A stretch of DNA of 64,000 bases from Malacoraja senta (Eukaryota), in assembly GCA_038087875.1 (NCBI GenBank), contig JAXLNO010000213.1, positions 372,001 to 436,000 of the forward strand, in the 5' to 3' direction. The notes under the pieces are model-generated. The model did not search any database, was not told the DNA's origin, and worked only from the letters and a program-made list of their open reading frames with translations. A program made the translations under genes and the position numbers. This document shows, one piece after another, positions 53,977 to 64,000 of this stretch. Each line of letters begins with the position of its first letter. The stretch's first letter is position 1.

Positions 53977-56900
53977 ACTAATTTTACTTCGGAGTCACGT
54001 GAGTGACTACGTGAAGAAGAGCCCGTCCAGCGGCACACGCGTCATATCGTCAGACGCATAGCGCAGTGACCGATGTGTGTGTGTGAGCAGAGCTCCTCCA
54101 AACCGGTAAGTAAAAAGCCTGAAGGTAAATCTTTGACTTACGTTTTTCAGGTCGCTTTCTTCAGAGGACTTGTAGTTGGGAAAACACAAGTCAGAATGAA
54201 GAAAGGATGTTAGAGGCGTACCGAAGGTAAACTCGAGAAAGACCGCGGGTCTGCGAGTAGCGGACGCCCTTTTTGATTTTAAATACGGTTGAATATATAT
54301 ACCGTTGTAGCGCCATTAGGGCGCAAGAGAAAAAGGCCGGGTGGCCAGTAGACTCTGAAGAGTCAGACCGGAGGATCCCCGACTCAGGCAGATATTTTGC
54401 TCTATTCCGAACCGCGTTGGAAGGTCAGCGCAGGGAGTGCATGGGTAGGTCCGGGCTTAGCGTTGGTCTTTCGGAGAGCCAGCGCATGGAGTGCTTTAGA
54501 AGGTCCGGCTCAGCGTTGGCCGAAGGGAGAGCCAGCGCAGGGAGTACTTGGGAAGGTCCGACTCAGCGCTGGCCAGTGTGAGCAATGCCTGGATAAAGGT
54601 ATTTTATGCGTTGGTCTACAGGAGAGCCAGCGCCAACTATGTCTGGAGAATGGGCAGTTTAAGCGTTGGCCTACAGGTGAGCCAGCGCCAGCAGCACCTG
54701 AAAGAGGGCTGCCTATGCATGGGCCTACAAGAGAGCCCGCACAGCGAGCACGTGGGAAAGGGTTTACTATGCGTAGGCCTGTGGGAGAGCCCGCGCTAGA
54801 AACACCTGAAGCAGGATGCCAATTCGCCCCTCCATCAGGAGGATTATTTCATACAAAAATTCAATAAACGTATCATATGAGGACCAGAGCCCAATAACAG
54901 AGCCTAAAGGACCAGATTTGGCACAATATATAAAAGTTGTGGTTCCAAAACTATCAGGGGAACCATTGGGAGATGAATTAGCAATGTCAATAAATTACTT
55001 GCTCTCCCAGCAGCTCCAGGTTCTGACCATGTATGAGCTGTCTATATATATGAAATCCGCAGTATTGAGCATTGTAAGCAGTCTCAGCGAGGGGGAGGGT
55101 GTTGAAATTGCTGGTCAGGTATTACGGCTTTTTGGCCAGAAGTTGGATGGTGAGCATGTGTCTATATCACAACAAGGTTGAATTAGCACCCATGTGTAGT
55201 GCGCACTTTGAAATGAACTGTATTTATAAAAGTGCTATGACCTAATAAGACCTAAGTTGGGGGGGCTCTGTACACCATCTAATATTTAATTGCCTAAAAA
55301 TCTGTTTTGAAAAGAATCTAGCCAAAAAAGGAATGATCCTATGTGATTGGCAGATCAAATCGAAGGCAGTTTTCCCTACCAATGTGTGGGATCCTATGTG
55401 ATTGGCAGATCAAATCGAAGGCAGTTTTCCCTATCAAATCGGCCTTTCCCATATTTGCGTTGTTGGCGCACTCCTCCTGAGGTATGTGGAGGTTACAATA
55501 TTCCACTAAGATCAGGGGGTAGCAATTGCCATAGGAAAACCCTGAGGTAGGGGGTCTGGTTCTGTAAGAGACATATTAATGTGTTACACTTACAAGTTGG
55601 GAAACATTACAATTCTTGCTAAATCATGGCAATTTGATGTATTTATACTGTATGGTATTGTGGCGTTTAGAATTGAATTCTACCCATATTTGGTGTCTCC
55701 TACGAAGGTATTTGAAACCGGACACATATTTTCTCAAAATAAGAGAATATGTAGATTCAGACAGAACATGAAATATTGTGAAAAGGGTTGATTAAGAAGT
55801 CAGTTCACCATCACCATCAATTTATGCCAAGTGTGTTATGAGAGCAAATAAGGATGGTGGGTGTAGAATTATTCTAGATCTGACAAGTTTAACCCTTTTT
55901 TGTACAGTATAATAAACAGTTTTGGAACATTTGCCAATACTATGCAGCTAATTTCAAGAACATGCTATATGGCTTAGCATAGATCATAAAATGCATTTTA
56001 CTGTGTGGCTGTATATGGTAAATAATCATAGATATTTTAAATTTAACTGGATGAGTCAATTATGGCAAGTTAAAGCATTGTATTAAGGTTTAGCCTCAGC
56101 TCTGAGACTATTTGCCAGGTTGTTGGAACCAATCCTAGCATTACTAAGAATTCAGGGCCATTTGGTATTGGCCTATTTTGATATATTCTGATTGAAGGAT
56201 GCAACAGAACCATGAATGTCAAGAATCAAGCTCACTTTGGAGGTTTATTACCATCCAGATAAATCTAAACAATTACCAAACACAGTTATTGCTTATTTGG
56301 GTTCCATTATTAAATGAGAACACGTGTTTGTGATTCCGCCCAAGGATAAAGGCTGCATTTAATTGGAAGTTGTATTAAGCTCATTACAGAGCACCAACCC
56401 CCAATTAGGCAGGTAGCAAGCCTGCTTATAAACTATTGCTTATTTTCAGCTGTACAATTTAGACCGCTGCATTATCAGCATTTGCAGTAAGCATGGATGG
56501 AGGCATGGATAATACATTTAGGGCATTTTGCAGGCCCACGTATTTGCCAGTTGAAGTTATTACTGGAATACTATGATGGATCATGAGTGTCTCAAATGCC
56601 TCCAGAGAGATCCTGCTTGAAACACTTTCCATTATGCAACAGACTAATTTTAGTGCTCTAGGTTGGGGTCATATTTATAAGTATTTCCAGCTGTGGAGTA
56701 GATGGAATGTGGAGAAAGTACCTTTGATCCAATAACATGCGATCATTAATGAGAGTTAATGAGAGCACTAATATGCAAAGTTTGCATGTTTAGGTATAGA
56801 TTGACACTACGGATTAGAAACGTATGTTAATCATTGAGTGGTGTGAAGTCAGAATCTTGTGATAGGCTGGCGAACGTGATTTGGACCTGGTGTTTTTACC

Positions 56901-59779
56901 AGAAATATTTGGTTTGGCAATCTACCTACCAGGTAGATTCAAAATAGTTGCAGACTCAAGGTCATGTAAATTCAATGATAATACAGAATGGACGTTGGAT
57001 CGTGACAAATTTAATAATATTGTTGCACGGTTGGTGACTTGTATGCATCCAGACTTGACCACCAATTACCTAAATATGTGTCATGGGAACCTGATCCTGG
57101 GGCAGTAGCGATGGATGTTTCTCGCTGCATTGGGGTAGAATGTTTTTGTATACATTTTCTCCATTTTACCTAATTTAGTCAGTATATACAGAAGATCAAA
57201 CAGGACTCTGCTTCGGGAGTATTGGTGGAACGAAATTGGATCTATAAAACCATGGTACCCTCTGGTGTTAAATATGATCACAAAGCCTATGATTTTCCCA
57301 AACAGAATTAACCTGTTTGTGCACTCTATAACTGATGATTCACTTCCTTTACATACTCGTATCGGTTTGTGAATTTGCAGATTCTAAGGTGTGCCATATA
57401 TCGGAAGAGGACTATCAGATCGTACTGTGGATATTGTTGCAACCTGGAGGGATAGTACCCAGAAGCAGTACATTTCTTACATAAGGAAATGTGATATGTT
57501 TTGCTTCAGGCAGAATATTACATATCACACCATAGACATCTCAGACGTGTTAGAGTTACTGTCAACTCTTTGTTTTTTATTGGACAGTTAAGCTATAGTG
57601 CTATGAATTCTGCAATGAGTGCCTTTTCTGCATATCTATGGAGGAATCAGAATAAAATCTTGTAGGGCTACACCCTTCTGTCTGTAGGTGTATGAAGGGA
57701 ATTTTCAATTAGACACAGATATACAGAAATCTGGAATGTAAGAGATGTGTTATGCTTGTTCGTTAATGGACTCATATTGCAGTGCTGTCCTTGGCCTAAA
57801 TTACCATTAAGGTAGTCATGCTCAGGGCACTGGTTTCAGCACAGAGAGTGCAAACATTGCAGAAACTACGAATAGACATGATGGAAATAGCAAAAGATAC
57901 TATTATGTTCTATGTCTATGATTTGATTAAACAGAGTAGACCTGGAATCACAGGATGTAAGTTGGGTTTTCAGCATATCCTACGGATCCACGTCTATGTG
58001 TAGTATCACATTAACAATGTTAGATTGGAGCCACCAGAACCTTAAGAGGTGCAGTATCAGCATTTTTATTAGCCATAAATAGCTGCATAAGAAAATGTCG
58101 GTTCAGACTATTTAAAAATGGCCGAAGCAGGTGTTGCTTGATGCAAGTATTGATACTGACGAATTTAAATTTCATTCCACCAGGGCACCATCAACATTGG
58201 CGGCCAAGGAATTGGACGTTCCAATAGAACATATCCTCGCGGCCGTAGGCCAAAGTGAAAGAATGTTTCACAAGTATTACCATAAGGAGATGATAGTACC
58301 TGTGGTTATTTGGTGGTGCTATTTTGGATTTAGTATTAAGTATTCGTCTTGTGATAAATGGGTTACTATTGTGGTGATAAATTAACTTTTTTGTCGTATT
58401 CCCCTTCTCTGCCTCCGTCTGCGCTGAGGCCTAATGGAGCTAATGACCTCGAGGCTCCGGAGGCAGAGCCCGTCAGGACTCGCCCTGAGCTCGCTCCCGT
58501 GAGGGTGGTCCGGCTCAGGGCTGGAACAGTGCTCCCGTGAGAGGTTGTGGCGCTCTCGTGAGGGCGGCCAGCGCAAGGGTGGAACGAGGCTCCCGTTGGA
58601 GCGGCGGAGCTCGGGGTGGTGCGGCGCTCGCAGCCCGAGGGAGGTTCGGCGCCCATGTCGGGGCGGCCCGGCCGGAGGGAGAAGCGAGGCCCAAATCGGG
58701 GCGGCCCGGCCGGGGGGAGAAGCAACGCCCAAGTCGGGGCGGCCCGGCCGGGGGGAGCAGCGACGCCCAAGTCGGGGCGGCCCGGTCGCGGGGAGAAGCG
58801 ACGCCCAAGTCGGGGCACCCCGGCCAGAGGGAGAAGCGACGCCCAGGTCGGGGCGGCCCGGCCCGGGGAAGAAGCGACGCCCATGTCGGGGCGGCCCGGC
58901 TCGGGGGAGGTTCGGCGCCCATGTCGGGGCGGCCCAGCCCGAGGCTGAAGACGGCACGGTACTCACGTGAGGTGGCTGGGACGGTGTTCTGGCGGTGGCG
59001 GCCTAAGTCCGGGGTTCGCCCGCGGGCCAGCGGCTACGTCTGCAGGACTGGTGGGCGGCAGCTTCGACCACCCCGGGCCGCGGTGTTTGAGCCGCGGGAC
59101 TGTTATAACATCGCCCGGGGGGTATCGCCTCAGCGCAGAGGGAGAAGAGGAGGGAAGAGACTGCAGACCTAAGACTTTTGCCTCCATCACAGTGAGGAGA
59201 TGCTGGGTGGACTCACTGTGGTGGATGATAATATGTGTTTATTGTTGTTTTTATTGTATTATATGTATGACTGCTGCAATTTCGTCCTGACTTCGGTCTG
59301 AATAGACAATAAAGGCATATCTATCTATCTATCTATCTATCTAACTGGTTGCATTCATGTTGTGGTTATGCATTGTTGATTGCTTTAATTATTTGGAGTC
59401 AACCAATGCAGTGAGACGCCTGGATTTGAATCTGCGGCGTGAAATCATAGAGCTTTGAAATCTTCACGTAGTCACTCACGTGACTCCGAAGTAAAATAGT
59501 AAGATTAAACGAGAACTTACCAGTTTGAAGTTTGATCTTTATTTTATGAGGAGTTACGCCGAGGGACTACGTGCCCTCCGCTCCCTCCCTCATAAAGATC
59601 GAGCTGGTAGTTCTAGTCTTTACGTATCCTGCTATCATACTTCAGTTATTGTTGTCTGTGATTTCACTCCGCTGCTTTGAAGATTGACGCGTGTGCGGCT
59701 GGACGGGCTCTTCTTCACGTAATCACTCATCTAACTCCTCATAAAATAAAGATCAGACTTCAAACTGGTAACTTCTCGT
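53977..59779 (+). mobile_element. Duplicate of the DIRS1-type element
   Basis: Same termini, ICR, ORF remnants and nested insertion as 2347-8214. Confidence 0.9.
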
Positions 59780-62700
59780 CACACACACACGCACGCACGC
59801 ACGCACACACACACACACACACACGCACACACACACACACAAAGCCTCCTGCAGAGGCTGCTTCTGAAACAAAAACATGCTTTAAATAACGTCCAACAAA
59901 CACACTTACCATAGACAGAGCAGTAAAGCTCTCGTGTATTATTCAGCAGCGCCTGCACTCTGTGTATTCTGCAGTCAGCGCCTTCTTGCCACGAACCGGA
60001 AATGACGCACTCGGCGCCGTCGTGCCGCTAACCGGAAATGACGTCATCGATGCCATCTTGCAACCAAGCGAAAATCACAGAATGAGCGCCAATTTTAAAA
60101 TTAAACACAGTTCTGATCTAATAAAATGTTTATTCATGCTTTATCCATCTGAAAACTGTTGCAAACATTTTAACAGCCAACAGAAATACATTTGCAAACT
60201 CTTTACAACCAAAACGTTTCCAGTAAACTTTTTTTTAAACAGCCAAGAGAAAAAAATTTGCAAATACTTTGCAGCCAATACGTTTTCTGTAAACATTTTT
60301 TTAACAGCCAAGAGAAACAAATTTGCAAATACTTTAGAACCAATACATTCAGTGTTATTCACAGCTCAGAGAGTCGTGACCCTCTGCCTTCCTGGGTCTG
60401 GCAGAGACTGAGTGCGCACGACACTTCCGAGTTTTATAGTCCCTCCCCCTGCCGCCAGCGGGGGCAGCAGAGAGAATGGGGAATTGTTTAAAAACATTCA
60501 TATCACTCTCATTTTTCATCGACGGGAAAAATCCTCTTGTCCAGGAAGGCGGAGGGCGTCTCTGACCGAGGTGGCGAAATATGACGGCCGTAGGTGGCGG
60601 CGTTCTCTCGGAAATCGCACCACAGTGGGCCAAAAGCGGTCATGATCAGCCTTTTAGTAATATAGATATACAGCTCAGACACACCCATTTTCCGACCGAG
60701 TAGCGTCACAATGCACTCTCCAGCGCTCGCATAGCAAGACGGGCCACTCCGGCCGGGAGGGGGCACTCCAGCGCTCCAACGCCACTTCCCACATTTTCAA
60801 ACACTTGCATTGGTCACTCTTCCACGCTGCAACCTTCGGCATAGGTGATTCTTCCAATCGCACTTCCGCAACGTTCTCCAAGCCCTCACCCAAAACACTC
60901 AGGCGAAGAGCTGACTGATTCATTCTGACTTCGCCGACATCGCTCTCTTTAACGATAATCTTTTATATATTTTTACGACATTAAACGGATCGCGGGTAGC
61001 TTTTTCAGGTTTACACTTTTTTATATTTAATTAAAAAATATATTTTAACGTCGTTTTAAACGGGTTGCGGGTGGCTTTTTGATTTTTACACTATTTTATA
61101 TTTATTAAAAAAAAGACTTGCCCAATGCATGTATTGGCATTTATTAAATCGGAATTTCACGCTTTAATTAAGCTGCTGCTTGCAAAAAAATCCTCATTTT
61201 AATCATTAGCTTTGATTTTACAACAGTTGCCTTAATTTAAAAAGACGGGCCGATTGCATTTATCTCCGGATTTCACATTTTACGTAGACTGCTGCTTGCA
61301 ACAACAAAAATCGCAATTTCTTGCGATTGGCTTTTGGCTTGCGATTGGCTTTTCTTTTACACCAGTTACTTTTATTTATAAAAAGACTTGCCGATTGCAT
61401 TTCAGGGCTGAGGCGGCGTTCTGGCGGCGGCCCGACTCGGGGCTTAGACGGCGTTCCGGCGGCGCCCCGACTTCGGAGGTTCGGCCACGGGCCAGTGGAC
61501 GACATCGTCGAGAGCTCGCAGGTCACAGGTTCAGCTTCGTCCGCTGGACTGGAGGGCGGCAGCTTTGACCACCCCGGGCCGCGGAGCTTGAAGCGTCCCG
61601 TTCGCGGAGCACGGTTGAGCCGCGGGGATTACTTACCATCACCCGGCGGGTCCCAACATCGGAAGCCTGGATCGCCTCACAGCAGAGGGAGAGCAAGGAG
61701 GGAAAAGACAAAGACTTTAAGACTTTTGACTTCCATCACAGTGAGGAGGTGCCTTGTGAACTCACGGTGGTGGATGTTAAATTTGTGTTTATTGTGTGTT
61801 TTGTTATTTTATTCTATGTTATGACTGCAAGGCAACAACATTTCGTTCAGACCGAAAGGTCTGAATGACAAGAAAGGATACTTTATTTTTTACTTTTTTA
61901 CTTTATTTATTGTCTTTTTTTTAAAAATAAATCGCCGCTTTTACATTGATTGAAATTGCCGATTTTTTTCATTAATCGGGATTTCACACTTTAATGGGAC
62001 TGCTGCTTGCAAAAAAAATCGCCATTTCATTAATTTCCTTTTTATTTCACACTTGTTGCCTTTTTAAATAAAAAAAAACGATTACTTGTCCGGCTCCCAC
62101 GTAAACGGAGCACAACTCAACAACCGCTCTTCCAGAACATTCTGACTTCGCTGACTTCGCTCTCTTTCACGATAAGCTTTTATATATTTTATATTAGTTG
62201 CATTGAAAAAAAAATCGATATTCCATTGATTAACCTTTTCAATTTAGAAAAAGACGGATGTTCTGCATTTCATTATTACTTCACGATTTTACATATTATT
62301 TAGACTGTTGCTGGAAAAAAGACAACGATTTCATTGATTAACATTTATTGAAGAAAATCTTGGCAATTGAATTGATTAACATTTATTTTGCAAGAGTTCC
62401 ATGCATTGAATCACATTTATTTAAAAAGAGTTGGATTTTTTAAAATACATTGATTCAGGTGCAATACTTCGCTATTGCATTCATTTACAGTCGCAATTAA
62501 AGGCCCTTTTACTATGCTCCTTTATTAAAAAGTAGTATTTTTAAAAATACTTGGCGATTACATTCATTAGGATTTATTTTACGAGTTGCATTATTTTTTA
62601 ACAGATATACAGTTGGATCTCTAAACAGCTTCGCGATCGAATGTTTTATTTCAACACAGTTGCATTTCCAAACATACTTCGCGATTCACTTCCATAACAT

Positions 62701-63388
62701 TTTCAGTTACAGTTGCAATTAAAATAAACGTTTCATTCACAGGAAAAGCTCAATTTTCATCCATTTAATCTGTGTTCATTAACAACTGAGATTGTGTTTG
62801 GGTTATTTTATTTATTTAAAAACTGTTTATTTAAACACAGTTGGATTTTATAAAAAGGCCTGGCGATTACACTGATTACGATTTATTTTAGGAGAGTTGA
62901 ATTTTCAACAAATATACAGTTATATTTTCATTTACAATTGCAATTAAAATATTTTTCATTCACATTATTTTAATTCCACATGAAAGACTCAATTTTCATC
63001 CAATTAATCTGTGCTCATTAGCAACCGAGTTTGTGTTTGGGGTATTATTTACGTAATCATTAGGTTATTTTAAACAAAAAAGATCTTTTCATTTACAGTT
63101 GCAATATTACAAAATCATGCCTAGATGACGGAGAAAAAGAGGTGCGGGATAGTCAAGTAAAGTCAAAAAGCGACAGCGAGAATTAGTGAGGAACAGTAGG
63201 CACATGAGAAGCAACAAGAAAGAACTCAATGTCTCTGAAATAATCGAGAGAGAGACAGAGAGATCAGGTCAGGAGGGCACAAGAGGAGTCGCAAGAAAGA
63301 ACTCAACGTCTCAGAGATAATCCAGAGACAGATCAGGAGAGAAGGGAACAGGAACCGCAGCAAGAAAGTACTCGATGTCACAGAGATA

Positions 63389-63514
<126 letters not shown>

Positions 63515-63864
63515 AGGAGCGAAGGGCAAAAGAGACGTAGCTATTGGGGTATTCAACGTCCCACGTTGGGGGAAGAGTCCCACTTGGTCTCGTGTTTTCT
63601 AAAATCCTACAATCTATTTCCCAGGACCACATAGATCTCCCAGACAAACAAAGCTTTTAATTGAGTTGTGTGCATGCATGATTACTATTTAGCCCATGAC
63701 CATCAGTTCCCTCCGTATCTAACCCAGCCTACATCTGCCGACTCGTTCACTAACGCAAAATGTAGAAATCTCCAGGATATGTTGGATGTTGCATTGGGAT
63801 AGGACAGATATAAATGAGAATATTGCTGGCTTAGATGAAACGGGAGATACAATTCCGCTGTAAC

Positions 63865-64000
63865 TTATTGCCTATAGTTTCTACATTGCTGTCCTTCCTT
63901 AACTCGTTTAAACATTATTCTCGGCAGATATTTCATCCCGCTCTTCAGTTCCTCTCTGAATTTAGACTGAGTTACCGCGTAAATACACGTGTTTGTGCAG
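63865..64000 (-). CDS. 3' end of a duplicate copy of GPCR gene A (partial, runs off the window)
   Basis: Near-identical to 12366-12501. Reads CTNTCIYAVTQSKFREELKSGMKYLPRIMFKRVKEGQQCRNYRQ*. Confidence 0.8.
   Translation of the reverse strand, partial: CTNTCIYAVTQSKFREELKSGMKYLPRIMFKRVKEGQQCRNYRQ

Overview
Repeat-dense vertebrate genomic DNA, most likely a cartilaginous fish (skate, ray or shark; inferred from the CR1 3' tails, fish-type L1 and DIRS elements and the GPCR family present). The only host genes I can support are a minus-strand cluster of two-exon, GPR139/GPR142-like orphan class A GPCRs. Gene A is exon 1 24047-24146 plus exon 2 12381-13297 (338 aa). Gene B is exon 1 35339-35408 plus exon 2 32679-33613 (334 aa). 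The 3' end of a second gene A copy sits at the window edge (63865-64000). The ORF track misses both first exons. The window spans one unit of a ~51.5-51.8 kb tandem duplication (1-12501 recurs at 51806-64000). The rest is nested mobile DNA: a structurally complete but decayed DIRS tyrosine-recombinase retrotransposon (two copies), a full-length L1 with a 15-bp TSD and one nonsense codon inside a CR1 inside a Rex1-like LINE (all within the gene A intron), Helitron remnants including a head-to-tail array of three non-autonomous units inside a bipartite-TIR DNA transposon, GC-rich SINE-like elements sharing a structured 3' end, other LINE fragments, and mini/microsatellites. No rRNA, tRNA or CRISPR features were seen. 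All assignments are by eye, without database searches.
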